Positions 1 to 9,940 of a DNA stretch of 64,000 bases are shown piece by piece; position 1 is the first letter of the stretch, and each line of letters opens with the position of its first letter. The notes beneath the pieces were generated by a model. That model did not search any database. It was not told the origin of the DNA and was given only the letters and a program-made list of their open reading frames with translations. The DNA is from Arenicellales bacterium (GTDB lineage Bacteria; Pseudomonadota; Gammaproteobacteria; Arenicellales; JAJDZL01), in NCBI GenBank assembly GCA_951813075.1, contig OX638343.1:1899087-1963086 (forward strand). The letters run 5' to 3'. Made by a program: the position numbers and the translations under genes.

Positions 1-987
1 AATGAAACCCTGCATTCCGGTAGACATCTGATGCGGAATCTCCTCTTTGATCAGCCAGCCGTTGTTGACTGCCGGAGTATCGTAGTCAGAACTCCAGGCT
101 TTGGCCTGATTCTCAAATCGTATATCGATATCTCCGGAGTTCAGTGCCAACCTGATCGCTGTGTCATCCCGATAGAAGTCAGTGCGAATCGTATCAAAGT
201 TGTTAAGCCCCCGATTTACCGGTAAATCCTTGCCCCAATAGTCCTCAACCCGCTCCTGAACAACGTAGCGGCCGGCCTCGAATTCCTTGATTCGATACGG
301 TCCGCTGCCAAGCGGCGGTTCCAGAGTGGTTTTTTCGAAATCTCGATTCTCCCAGTAGTGCTTTGGCAAAATCGACAATTGTCCGACGATCAGAGGGAGT
401 TCCCGATTTACCGTATCTTTAAAATTGAAACGAACTCTCCTTTCGCCGAGTTTTTCGGCCGATATCACATCATCGTAGTAAAATCGCAAAGTGGGGCGTC
501 CCTTGGTGGTGATAGTTTCAAATGACCAGACCACGTCATCAGCCGTAATCGGCGTGCCGTCGTGCCATCGTGCTTCGGGTCGCAAGTTGAAGATCACCCA
601 TGAGCGATCTTCCGGCACCTCGAGCGACTCGGCAATCAATCCATATTCTGTAAATGGCTCATCAAAACTGCGGGTAAGCAGCGATTCTGTTGAACCGGTA
701 CCGATTGCATTACCCTTGGGAATCAGTGTGTTGAAACTGTCAAACGTCCCGCGCGCTGCCTGCGACAATTTGCCACCTTTCGGTGCATTTGGATTCACGT
801 AATCGAAGTGTTCAAAGTCAGGTCCGTACTTCGGATTTCCGTGCATGGCAATACCATGAACTGGTTTTACATCCTGCTCGGCCATTGTTGATTGAACGCT
901 GAAAATCAAGGTCACAGCACCAAACAAAACATAAACAGCCAACTTCTTTCTGAAACTCCGGTAGTTTACTGATATCGGCGTTTTCAA
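1..987 (-). CDS. ABC transporter periplasmic substrate-binding protein, family 5 (YejA/OppA-like); 5' part only, continues past the window start
   Basis: Absent from the ORF track because it is edge-truncated. Hand translation of the minus strand from TTG at 987 (GGAGG about 9 nt upstream) gives MKTPISVNYRSFRKKLAVYVLFGAVTLIFSVQSTMAEQDVKPVHGIAMHGNPKYGPDFEHFDYVNPNAPKGGKL... The frame stays open to base 1 (329 codons). It has a signal peptide plus the conserved N-terminal block of YejA-type binding proteins. Confidence 0.75.
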   Translation of the reverse strand, partial: MKTPISVNYRSFRKKLAVYVLFGAVTLIFSVQSTMAEQDVKPVHGIAMHGNPKYGPDFEHFDYVNPNAPKGGKLSQAARGTFDSFNTLIPKGNAIGTGSTESLLTRSFDEPFTEYGLIAESLEVPEDRSWVIFNLRPEARWHDGTPITADDVVWSFETITTKGRPTLRFYYDDVISAEKLGERRVRFNFKDTVNRELPLIVGQLSILPKHYWENRDFEKTTLEPPLGSGPYRIKEFEAGRYVVQERVEDYWGKDLPVNRGLNNFDTIRTDFYRDDTAIRLALNSGDIDIRFENQAKAWSSDYDTPAVNNGWLIKEEIPHQMSTGMQGFI

Positions 988-1269
988 TTTACATACCTCC
1001 CGAGTCGTCGAATTTTAAGATTATTCTTCCCCTTGTCAATTTTATTGGAATTGAAAAGCAATACGATAAAATCCAGATTAAATATTCTCCAACCAGACAT
1101 CTATACCCGCTACACACTCGACTGTCGCAACCTGTCACGCGTTCAAATTGATCAGCGCTGATGGAAGCGGCTCTTCGCTATGTTGTCGAATGTGAACGAC
1201 ACATCAACCCAGCGAGCGAAGCCTGAACCTAGCGGAAGTCTTCGCCCATGGCAAATGACAGCATCGTAA

Positions 1270-2691
1270 TCAATCGGACGTTCTGGACTTCCACTGAGAC
1301 ACGAATGTTGCACCACCGGTAGGTGCGGGAAAATCCCGTCCTTCTGTCCAGCCACTGCCAAGTGGAAGACGACGAAATGAACCTGATCTGCGCCCCAGCC
1401 GACTTAGGACGAACGATGTCGAATTCATGACCAATCGATACATCGGTGGACATAGGGACAACATCTTCCAGATCCACAGCCCAAGGCGAGACATCCTGTC
1501 GATCAGTCCGCGCTCGAAAATCTGATTTCTCAGCGAACGCAGCAATTTCGGCAAGGGAATCTTGACCGGACACACTTCCTCGCAACGACCGTTCATTGTA
1601 CAGGCGTTGGGGAGGTTGGCAGCATTTTGCAGTCCAACCAGCAACGGCGTCCAAACCGATCCCATCGGTCCAGGATACACCCAGCCGTAAGCGTGACCGC
1701 CGATTGACTGATATACCGGGCAGTGGTTCATACAGGCTCCGCAACGAATGCAACGCAACATTTCCCAGAACTCGCCCTCAAGCATTTTTGACCGGCCGTT
1801 GTCGAGCATCACAACATGGTATTCTCTGGTCTCATCCATACCCTCTGCACGGGCGGATCCGCCGTAAATGCTGGTGTAGGAGGACATTTCCTGACCGGTT
1901 GCACTGCGCGCGAGAATTCTCAGAAAGACAGACAGATCGCTTATCGACGGAATCAGTTTTTCAATAGAGGCGGTCACGATATGTACCTTCGGTAGTGTGC
2001 TGGTCAAATCACCATTTCCCTCATTTGTCACGAGTATCGAAGAGCCGGAATCAGCCAGTAGAAAATTGGCGCCTGTAATACCAACATCCGCTTTCACAAA
2101 TTGTTCCCGCAACACTGTCCGGGCCTCATTCACAATTGTTGCAACTTCCTCCACTTTTTGCGTCAATCCATATTTGGCGTGATGTTGATGAAACAGTTCC
2201 GTAATTTGTCTGCGAGTTTTGTGAATCGCCGGTGCAATGATGTGGCTAGGACTTTCTTTTGCCAACTGGATGATGTACTCGCCGAGATCAGTCTCGACTA
2301 CCTCGATACCCTGGCTCTCCAATGCATCATTCAGACTCATCTCCTCTCCAATCATCGATTTTCCCTTGGTAACACATCGGGCATCGACTCTTCGGCAAAT
2401 GTCCAAAATAATTTCAACCGCCTGTTGTGGTGTACTGGCCCAATGCACATGACCGCCTGAATCGGTTACGCTTTTCTCATACTGGTCAAGATAATGATCC
2501 AAATTTGTCAGCACCCTATTCTTGATTGCGACGGCTCGCTTGCGCAAATCTTCAAAATCTGTCAGATCGTCAACCGCGACTTTGCGTTTGTCAACAAATC
2601 CACCGCGGGATTTTCGCAGCGCAGTCTGCAGTTCCTCATTGACTAGAGCGACTTTGGAACGACTCTTGAATTGCGAAGATGTGACTTCCAT
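1270..2691 (-). CDS. lutB: Lactate utilization protein B (LutB/YkgF-type iron-sulfur protein)
   Basis: 473-aa ORF. Two ferredoxin-type Cys clusters (CIRCGACMNHCP and CTMNGRCEEVCP) follow a DUF162-like N-terminal region. It starts 5 nt after lutA. Confidence 0.85.
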   Translation of the reverse strand: MEVTSSQFKSRSKVALVNEELQTALRKSRGGFVDKRKVAVDDLTDFEDLRKRAVAIKNRVLTNLDHYLDQYEKSVTDSGGHVHWASTPQQAVEIILDICRRVDARCVTKGKSMIGEEMSLNDALESQGIEVVETDLGEYIIQLAKESPSHIIAPAIHKTRRQITELFHQHHAKYGLTQKVEEVATIVNEARTVLREQFVKADVGITGANFLLADSGSSILVTNEGNGDLTSTLPKVHIVTASIEKLIPSISDLSVFLRILARSATGQEMSSYTSIYGGSARAEGMDETREYHVVMLDNGRSKMLEGEFWEMLRCIRCGACMNHCPVYQSIGGHAYGWVYPGPMGSVWTPLLVGLQNAANLPNACTMNGRCEEVCPVKIPLPKLLRSLRNQIFERGLIDRMSRLGLWIWKMLSLCPPMYRLVMNSTSFVLSRLGRRSGSFRRLPLGSGWTEGRDFPAPTGGATFVSQWKSRTSD

Positions 2692-2696
2692 AGAAT

Positions 2697-3446
2697 TTAC
2701 TGACTGCGCGGCTGCCCGATTGCTGGTTGGTCCGCCTGACCGGCAAGAACTTCGGCGATATGCAGGACGCGAACGTTACTGCCTCGACGCTTGAGCGTTC
2801 CCGCGATATTCATCAGACAGCCCAGGTCACCTCCAAGAAGGATGTCCGCACCACTATCTTCAACATTTTGCGCTTTTTCAGTCGCAATTTGAGTCGATAT
2901 TTGCGGATACTTCACGCAGAATGTGCCACCGAATCCACAACATGCGGTGGATTCGTTGCACTCGGTTACTCTCAACTCACTAATCTGCTCGAGAAGTTGA
3001 CGCGGCTGGCTCCTGATACCCAACTCCCTGAATCCAGAGCACGAATCATGATAGGTGCAGTGAAGTTCGTATTGGGTGCGCAATTGAATATCGGCAATGT
3101 CTGTCAGAAATTCAGTGAGTTCATAACACCTACGTGCAATGTCTTTGGCTCTTTGCGAGAAATTTGGATTTTCAGCCAGAATTTCAGGGTAGTGAATTCT
3201 CACCATGGCTGCACAAGAGCCGGAAGGTACGACAATATAGTCATACTGCTCAAAAATTCTGACAAAACGTTTGGCGATGCGAACGGAATCAGCGAGTGCA
3301 CCGCTGTTGTAATGCGGTTGTCCGCAACAGGTCTGCCTGTGGGGCACGTCTACTTGGAAGCCGGCTTGCTGAATCAGCGCTGCGGTAGAAAAACCGATTT
3401 CTGGTCTAACCAAATCAACCAGACAGGTGGCGAAAAGTCCGACCAT
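2697..3446 (-). CDS. lutA: Lactate utilization protein A (LutA/YkgE-type CCG-domain Fe-S oxidoreductase)
   Basis: CCG-domain motifs QTCCGQP and TACCGFGG. I chose the start at MVGLFATCLVD (3446), the typical LutA N-terminus. The longer ORF to 3524 would overlap the dctM stop. Confidence 0.8.
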   Translation of the reverse strand: MVGLFATCLVDLVRPEIGFSTAALIQQAGFQVDVPHRQTCCGQPHYNSGALADSVRIAKRFVRIFEQYDYIVVPSGSCAAMVRIHYPEILAENPNFSQRAKDIARRCYELTEFLTDIADIQLRTQYELHCTYHDSCSGFRELGIRSQPRQLLEQISELRVTECNESTACCGFGGTFCVKYPQISTQIATEKAQNVEDSGADILLGGDLGCLMNIAGTLKRRGSNVRVLHIAEVLAGQADQPAIGQPRSQ

Positions 3447-3489
3447 CCCTTTCGTACTTTCCACAGTGGAGCACCCAGGTCGTTGAGGA

Positions 3490-4860
3490 TCAGTTAAGAA
3501 GCTTGTTCGGCAACCACATCGCAATGTCCGGGAAAGCCATGACTAGCGTCAGACCGATCAGTTGCAATCCCACAAAGGGCACAATGCCTTTATAGACTTG
3601 CTGGATCTTGACTTCCGGTGGGGAAGCACCCTTCATATAGAACAACGCAAATCCGAATGGTGGTGTCAGAAAACTCGTCTGCAGATTGACAGCAACCAAG
3701 ATAGCAAACCAGTAAACGAGATCAATCTTAGCGATATGATCGCCAAAATCGAGAAGTTCAATGATCGGTGCGAAAACAGGAAGTACGATCAGTGTTATTT
3801 CAATCCAGTCAAAGAAAAATCCCAGCAGGAATACGATTCCCATCAGTGTAAATAATATGCCCCAAGAGCCGAACCCTGTTCCCTCGACAAACTCAATGAC
3901 GATGTCATCTCCACCGAGTGAACGAAAAACGTAAGAAAACGCTGTCGCTCCGATGAATATGAAAAACAGCATTGCTCCGGTCAATGCGGATCGCTCGACT
4001 ACCTCGCGCATCATTTTGAAATTGAGTCTGCGGTTGATGACCGCAAGCAGCACAGCACCGGCAGCACCGACACCAGACGCTTCGGTCGGTGTCGCCCAGC
4101 CGGCAACGATCGAGCCCAAAACCAGGACAATCAGCAACACTGGTGGAATCAAACCACGCAGAATCATGATGATGAATTCCTTGGTATTCTGCGGGCCAAT
4201 ATCTTTCGGCAATGGTGGCGCCAGTTCGGGTTTGAGCGATGTGATACAAAGTATGTAGATCGCATAGATGGATGCGAGCAGAAACCCAGGAAATACCGCC
4301 GCTACGAAAAGATTGCCAACCGAACGACCGAGCAAGTCCGCCATAATCACGAGCATGATGCTCGGTGGAATCAAAATTCCGAGCGTACCTGATGCCGCGA
4401 TGGTCCCGGACGCAAGCGGAATGTTGTATTGTCGATGGATCATCACCGGCAGTGCCATCAGCGTCATCATCACTACGGACGCTCCGATAATACCGGTTGT
4501 CGCTGCCATGATGGTACCCATCACAGTTACCGACAAAGCCAAACCACCGGGCACCCGTCTCAGCAAAACCTGCAGACAGTACAGCAGGTCGCGTGCAACA
4601 CCGCTTTTCTCCAGCATGGTGCCCATAAATATGAACATTGGAATCGCCACCAGCACCAGATTATCGGCAATTCCGCTCCAGATTCGACCCACAATATTGA
4701 AAAACTCGATGGCTACGAATACATCGAGGTAAACACCCAGATAGCCGAATCCCAGTGCTATACCGCCGAGAACCGCTGCCACCGGATAACCGGAAAACAG
4801 TAGAATCGCCAATGCCAGAAACATGAACAGCGGCATGAAATCGATGAACACATCAAGCAT
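3490..4860 (-). CDS. dctM: TRAP transporter large permease subunit (DctM family)
   Basis: 456-aa polytopic membrane protein directly downstream of the small-permease and binding-protein genes. Sequence is typical of DctM. Confidence 0.88.
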   Translation of the reverse strand: MLDVFIDFMPLFMFLALAILLFSGYPVAAVLGGIALGFGYLGVYLDVFVAIEFFNIVGRIWSGIADNLVLVAIPMFIFMGTMLEKSGVARDLLYCLQVLLRRVPGGLALSVTVMGTIMAATTGIIGASVVMMTLMALPVMIHRQYNIPLASGTIAASGTLGILIPPSIMLVIMADLLGRSVGNLFVAAVFPGFLLASIYAIYILCITSLKPELAPPLPKDIGPQNTKEFIIMILRGLIPPVLLIVLVLGSIVAGWATPTEASGVGAAGAVLLAVINRRLNFKMMREVVERSALTGAMLFFIFIGATAFSYVFRSLGGDDIVIEFVEGTGFGSWGILFTLMGIVFLLGFFFDWIEITLIVLPVFAPIIELLDFGDHIAKIDLVYWFAILVAVNLQTSFLTPPFGFALFYMKGASPPEVKIQQVYKGIVPFVGLQLIGLTLVMAFPDIAMWLPNKLLN

Positions 4861-4871
4861 TGGAAACTCCG

Positions 4872-5465
4872 TCAGTCGCGGCCAAACTCAGTGATATCAA
4901 CTTCGTCCAGATGGATCGTCTCTACCTTTTCCCGCTCGTTGACAATCTGTTTCAGCTCGTCCGGCGCAAACAATTGCACGAGTTTTCGAAAAGCCATGCC
5001 AACCGCACTGATCAGGAGCAATACGAAACCGATCGGGAGTGCGGCCTTGATGATCCATCGAAAAGGCAGACCGGTAGCTGATTCTGCCATCTCATTTTGA
5101 ATGAACGAGCGGTGCCACCAATCGACACCGTAGTAGATGACAATAACTGTGTAGGGGATCAGAAACAACGCGCAGCCGATTAGTTCGATCCACAGTTTGG
5201 TACGATGACTCAGACGTTCACGTACCAAGTCGATTCGAACATGGGCATCTTTAAGGTATGCGTAACCCAGGCAGAATAAAAACAGCACCGCATGAATATG
5301 CCATTCCAGATCCTGCAATTTGGTTGAGCCAAGTACAAGAAATCGGCGGGTGATTACATCGAAGACGATCACGGTCATCAGCAGGATAGCAGCCCAGGCC
5401 GCCACCCGGCCGATGCCAACAATTATGGATTCTGCGATCTCATCAAGTCGGAGAAGCAGTTTCAT
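4872..5465 (-). CDS. dctQ: TRAP transporter small permease subunit (DctQ family)
   Basis: 197 aa with four predicted TM segments, positioned between dctP and dctM. Confidence 0.8.
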   Translation of the reverse strand: MKLLLRLDEIAESIIVGIGRVAAWAAILLMTVIVFDVITRRFLVLGSTKLQDLEWHIHAVLFLFCLGYAYLKDAHVRIDLVRERLSHRTKLWIELIGCALFLIPYTVIVIYYGVDWWHRSFIQNEMAESATGLPFRWIIKAALPIGFVLLLISAVGMAFRKLVQLFAPDELKQIVNEREKVETIHLDEVDITEFGRD

Positions 5466-5592
5466 GTTGACGCGACCGTTTCTTTTCTACTGGCAATCAT
5501 AAAATCACCTGCTGAAGAAGCGGACCCGCAACTCCAGCAGGTGATTGATTCTAACGTTTAACGGAAAAAATCAGTTAGTCTGCAACTGGCTG

Positions 5593-6639
5593 TTACAGAT
5601 AACCGAGGTCACGCCAGATGGCATAGCTTTCTCGAAATGCCGTAAAGTGATCCCAGACTCTCTTGAAATCTGGATTGGCTTCGCTCTCTTCGGCAACAAC
5701 TTCGATCCAGGCAGCTTCAAGCTGATCAAGGATGTCTTGCGGCCAGCGATGAATCTGCACACCTTTTTCCTGCAACTCCGCCAAGGCCGGAGATTGAATG
5801 GCTTCGCCTTCAAGCAGTCCATAGCGGAAATTATCACCACAGGACAATTCAAACAGTGCGCGTTGGGTATCTGTCAGACCTTCCCATTTCTCCTTGTTCA
5901 TCAGAACTTCAAACAAGGTTGATTGCTGATGCCAGCCAGGGAAATAGTAATGCTTAGCGATCTGGTAGAACCCAAGATTAAGGTCAATGGCCGGCATGGA
6001 GTATTCGGTCGCATCAATTGATCCAAGTTCAAGTGCGGGGAAAATATCGCCACCCGGAATCAACTGAGTGGATACTCCCATCTTTTCCATCACCTTGGCG
6101 CCGAGACCGAAGAATCGCATTTTCAATCCTTTAAGGTCGTCAACTGAAGTGATCTCTTCTCGGAACCAGCCGGATGCTTCCGGCGCAATCACGCCGCAAA
6201 TCAGTGAATACAATCCATGTTCGGCGTAGATTTCGTTCATCAGGTCCTGTCCACCGCCAAAATAGATCCATGCGCCATACTCAGCTGCTTGCGGTCCGAA
6301 CGGAACCGCAGCAAACATGGCTAGTGCAGAGTTCTTACCGTACCAGTATCCCGGAGTCGACCAGCACGCATCCACTGCTCCAGTTGCGACGGAATCGAAA
6401 CATTCACGAGGTGGAACCAGTGCGCCAGGCTCAAAATACTTGAGCTCGATCTCGCCTCCGGAAACACGATCAAGTGTCTCTGTGACGTGCAATCCCAAGG
6501 TTCCCAGCTGAGTCAGGTTTTTGGGGAACCAACTCGCCATTTTCCATCGGAGCTTGTCAGCGGAAACAGGTGCTGAAGCAAGTCCGGCAAATGTGAAAAA
6601 CACGGCGACAATGACCGCAATTAATTTTCTAGATTTCAT
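5593..6639 (-). CDS. dctP: TRAP transporter periplasmic solute-binding protein (DctP superfamily, mannitol/chloroaromatic-type branch)
   Basis: 348 aa with signal peptide MKSRKLIAVIVAVFFTFAGLASA. First gene of a dctPQM arrangement. Confidence 0.8.
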   Translation of the reverse strand: MKSRKLIAVIVAVFFTFAGLASAPVSADKLRWKMASWFPKNLTQLGTLGLHVTETLDRVSGGEIELKYFEPGALVPPRECFDSVATGAVDACWSTPGYWYGKNSALAMFAAVPFGPQAAEYGAWIYFGGGQDLMNEIYAEHGLYSLICGVIAPEASGWFREEITSVDDLKGLKMRFFGLGAKVMEKMGVSTQLIPGGDIFPALELGSIDATEYSMPAIDLNLGFYQIAKHYYFPGWHQQSTLFEVLMNKEKWEGLTDTQRALFELSCGDNFRYGLLEGEAIQSPALAELQEKGVQIHRWPQDILDQLEAAWIEVVAEESEANPDFKRVWDHFTAFRESYAIWRDLGYL

Positions 6640-6926
6640 TTATTCTCATACCTCCTAACACTTTAGTTTATCTGCCATTGTGCGGCTCAAACGAAATTAT
6701 GTTTTGGAATTAACATTTTTAGAGAATTGAATATCATACCTATTTCATTCCAATGAAGTTAAATTATTTTTGGTGAATTCGATTCAATCCTGCCTGTGCA
6801 AGCGCAACAGGCGGCACAAACTTGAGTCGATAGCCACGTTATGTTATTGTTTGACGTGTGCCATGGTGGCATTACAACACTGTGATATTATTCAATGGCA
6901 GAACGCCTTGACGGCACATAGTCGTA

Positions 6927-8519
6927 TTGGCTGGAGCGTTTGTAGCAAATCAACAAATTCAGGAGTCGAAACCGTTGACTGAACCGGGAGATGCCAGTGC
7001 CCAGTTCAAACTAGGGTTCAAATATCACCACGGCGAAGGTGTTCAGAAAGATCCGCACGAAGCAGTCCGATGGTACAGTCTGGCAGCAGAGCAGGGACAC
7101 ATCGGTGCCCAGTTTAACCTGGGAGTAATGAACTACACTGGCGATGGCATTCGAAAAGATCTATCCGAAGCAGCTCACTGGTACCGTCTGGCTGCCGAAC
7201 AGGGATATGCCAGCGCACAGTTCAATCTAGGACTTTTGAAAGATGAGGGTAAAGGCGTTCCAGAAGACCCGTCGGCAGCAGCTCACTGGTACCGTCTGGC
7301 CGCCGAACAGGGACATGCCAGTGCGCAGTTCAATCTGGGGCAATTGAATATCGAGGGCAAAGGTGTTCCGGAAGATCCGTTTGAAGCAGTGCGATGGTAC
7401 CGTCTGGCTGCAGAGCAGGGACATGCTGATGCCCAGTTCACACTAGGGGGTCAGTATCACCGCGGCGAAGGCATTCGAAAAGATGTGTTTGAAGCGGCCA
7501 GATTGTACCGACTGGCTGCCGAACAGGGACTCGCGAGAGCCCAGTTCAATATGGGTCTTATGCATCAGCAAGGCGATGGCGTACGAAAAGATCTATCCGA
7601 AGCAGCTCACTGGTACCGACTGGCTGCTGAACAGGGGAATCCCGAAGCCCAGTTCAACCTCGGAACCATGTTACACCGAGGCGATGGCATTCAAAAAGAT
7701 TCGTCGGAGGCAACCCGATGGTTCCGTCTGGCTGCAAAACAGGGGAATCCCGAAGCCCAGTTCAACCTCGGAGCCATGTTACACCAAGGCGATGGCATTC
7801 AAAAAGATTCGTCGGAGGCGACCCGATGGTTCCGTCTGGCCGCAAAACAGGGGAATCCCGAAGCCCAGTTCAACCTCGGAGCCATGTTACACCGAGGCGA
7901 TGGCATTCAAAAAGATTCGTCGGAGGCGACCCGATGGTTCCGTCTGGCCGCAAAACAAGGTGACGCCGATGCCCAGATCACTCTGGGGCTCATGTATCAG
8001 GGGGGTCACGGCGTTCAACAAGATCTGTTTGAGGCAGTCCGATGGTTCCGTTCGGCTGCTGAACAGGGACACGCCGATGCCCAGTTCTACCTGGCGCGCA
8101 GGTATTACGATGGTACTGGTGTTCGGAGAGATCCGTCAGAGGCAATACGATGGTTCCGCCCGGCCGCCGAACAGGGGCATGCCAAAGCTCAGATTAGTTT
8201 AGGAGCCATGTATCACCAAGGCGATGGGGTTCAAGAAGATCCGTCAGAGGCAGTCCGATGGCACCGTCTGGCCGCCGAACAGGGAGACTCACGTGCTCAA
8301 GTGTACCTGGCATTCTCGTATTACAGGGGAGCAGGCGTATCATGCGATTATGCACAAGCCTGGGCGTGGGCAGCGTTGGCAGCGAAGCAAGGGGATCAAG
8401 ATGGAATACTGTTGCGGAATCAAATTAATTCAGAGTTGACAGCCAAACAATCCGACGATGCGCGTACCAAATTGCGTGAATTGGCGGCCCGAATATCTCC
8501 TGAACATCTAGACCGGTAG
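6927..8519 (+). CDS. Sel1-like repeat (SLR/TPR-like) protein, about 14 tandem 36-aa units
   Basis: The unit A.WYRLAAEQG...AQFNLG.MY..G.GV.KD..EA recurs across the whole 530-aa ORF. No obvious signal peptide. The start codon (TTG 6927) is uncertain. Confidence 0.85.
   Translation: MAGAFVANQQIQESKPLTEPGDASAQFKLGFKYHHGEGVQKDPHEAVRWYSLAAEQGHIGAQFNLGVMNYTGDGIRKDLSEAAHWYRLAAEQGYASAQFNLGLLKDEGKGVPEDPSAAAHWYRLAAEQGHASAQFNLGQLNIEGKGVPEDPFEAVRWYRLAAEQGHADAQFTLGGQYHRGEGIRKDVFEAARLYRLAAEQGLARAQFNMGLMHQQGDGVRKDLSEAAHWYRLAAEQGNPEAQFNLGTMLHRGDGIQKDSSEATRWFRLAAKQGNPEAQFNLGAMLHQGDGIQKDSSEATRWFRLAAKQGNPEAQFNLGAMLHRGDGIQKDSSEATRWFRLAAKQGDADAQITLGLMYQGGHGVQQDLFEAVRWFRSAAEQGHADAQFYLARRYYDGTGVRRDPSEAIRWFRPAAEQGHAKAQISLGAMYHQGDGVQEDPSEAVRWHRLAAEQGDSRAQVYLAFSYYRGAGVSCDYAQAWAWAALAAKQGDQDGILLRNQINSELTAKQSDDARTKLRELAARISPEHLDR
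7631..7954 (+). repeat. Three near-identical tandem 108-bp units inside the Sel1-repeat gene
   Basis: The string acaggggaatcccgaagcccagttcaacctcgga recurs at 7631, 7739 and 7847, an exact 108-bp period equal to one 36-aa Sel1 unit. Only a few substitutions separate the copies. Confidence 0.9.
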
Positions 8520-8911
8520 ATTATCTCCCGGAATTCATGCACCTGACTGAATTCGGGTGCTTGGCATAGTGCCGATCAGACTCCACTTGATGGTCGCATC
8601 AACAATCAAACTCCATTAGATGTCAGTACATGAACTGCAGTCTACTCATGTACAATCAATTGATCTGAATTATTGGTTGAATCGAAATTCTGATTCGATC
8701 AACCGATCATTTGAAAATTACACCGCCCGATTCCACTCGGTTTCTTCAAGGTATGTGAACGTCAACTGATGGCACAGTTTGTACTTCCAAGTAACTCGAT
8801 CGACCAACCCAATCGATAAACAGACAAAACATCAAAATTGCGTTGGATAATATACTTTCATTTCAAAAGCATTAAAATTACACTGACTTTGAAAATTTCA
8901 GTCTTCCACCA

Positions 8912-9940
8912 GTGAGTAGTATTCACACAAATTCTGTTACAGATACCCTGAATCGACCGATCAGGGATATTCGTGTTTCAATCACCGACCGGTGCAATTT
9001 TCGCTGTACGTATTGCATGCCGAAAGAATTCTTTGGATCAAATCATTCCTTCCTTCATCGCAAACAGCTTCTCACGTTTGAGGAAATCGAACGCTCGGTT
9101 CGCGCATTCGTGGCAAATGGCGTCAAAAAAGTCCGAATCACCGGTGGTGAGCCTATGGTTCGAAAAGACCACCCTCAGCTTATTTCAATACTTTCGAAAA
9201 TTCCGGGAATCGAAGACTTGAGCATGACAACAAACGCGTCACTGCTCACCGCGGAAGCAGCGCGTGAACTGTGCAAATCTGGATTACAGCGCATTACTAT
9301 CAGTCTGGACGCGATCGACAATGAAGTCTTTCATTCGATCAACGACGTGAAATTTCCTGTTAAGCGAGTACTTGCAGGAATTGAGAATGCTCGAGTTGCC
9401 GGGATGTCACCCATAAAAGTGAACATGGTTGTCGCACACGGAATGAATGATCAGGAGATCCTTCCGATGGTGCGCCAGTTCCGAAATTCTGAGGTTATTC
9501 TTCGCTTCATCGAATTTATGGATGTCGGCAATACCAATGACTGGCAGATGGACAAAGTCATATCCGCAAGGGAAATTCTGGAAACAATCAATAACGAATA
9601 CCCGATTGAGCCAATCTCGGCAACCTACCGCGGTGAGGTTGCCAAACGCTGGAGGTACAAAGATGGAGCGGGTGAGATTGGAATCATTTCATCAGTTACA
9701 GAACCTTTCTGTAGCGCGTGCAATCGTGCCAGGCTGACCGCCGAAGGAAAAATTTACACTTGTCTTTTCGCCAGCAGTGGATTCGATCTGCGCGAGCATA
9801 TCCGAAATGGAGCGGATGTCGATCAGTTAGCGGAAATTATTCAAAATTTATGGCGATACAGGACTGACCGCTATTCCGAGCTTCGATCCAAGCAATCGGA
9901 TGCTACCCCGAAGATCGAGATGTCCTATGTTGGAGGATAG
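8912..9940 (+). CDS. moaA: GTP 3',8-cyclase MoaA (radical SAM, molybdopterin biosynthesis)
   Basis: Radical-SAM motif CNFRCTYC near the N-terminus, a C-terminal CSACNRARLTAEGKIYTC cluster, and 342 aa. Confidence 0.92.
   Translation: MSSIHTNSVTDTLNRPIRDIRVSITDRCNFRCTYCMPKEFFGSNHSFLHRKQLLTFEEIERSVRAFVANGVKKVRITGGEPMVRKDHPQLISILSKIPGIEDLSMTTNASLLTAEAARELCKSGLQRITISLDAIDNEVFHSINDVKFPVKRVLAGIENARVAGMSPIKVNMVVAHGMNDQEILPMVRQFRNSEVILRFIEFMDVGNTNDWQMDKVISAREILETINNEYPIEPISATYRGEVAKRWRYKDGAGEIGIISSVTEPFCSACNRARLTAEGKIYTCLFASSGFDLREHIRNGADVDQLAEIIQNLWRYRTDRYSELRSKQSDATPKIEMSYVGG

Noticed and set aside
1229-1753. 174-aa minus-strand ORF, plus 1596-1967, 2101-2460, 2727-3497 and many similar ORFs overlapping lutAB and the TRAP genes.
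   Set aside because: These are shadow ORFs in alternative frames or on the antisense strand of genes with strong family signatures. Their translations are low-complexity. The same reasoning applies to the numerous 60-160-aa antisense ORFs across the window, for example 4268-4732, 38073-38549, 45569-46030, 48583-49227 and 54410-54838.
3447-3524. Longer N-terminal extension of lutA (track ORF 2697-3524).
   Set aside because: The extension overlaps the dctM stop and is Cys/Arg-rich with no homology character. The internal MVGLFATCLVD start matches the usual LutA N-terminus.
7483-8202. 239-aa alternative-frame ORF, plus 7718-7963 and the minus-strand ORFs, inside the Sel1-repeat gene.
   Set aside because: The repetitive DNA simply propagates stop-free frames. 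The translations are Arg/Pro/Ser-rich repeats with no domain character, whereas the 6927 frame gives a canonical Sel1 consensus.
8520-8911. Possible molybdenum-cofactor (Moco) riboswitch in the 390-nt region upstream of moaA.
   Set aside because: I could not find the conserved Moco-motif helices. Only short hairpins are present (GAATTCA-N10-TGAATTC at about 8530-8553 and an imperfect dyad at about 8675-8705). These are better explained as the Sel1-gene terminator or other unrelated structure. A cmsearch with the Rfam Moco model would settle it.
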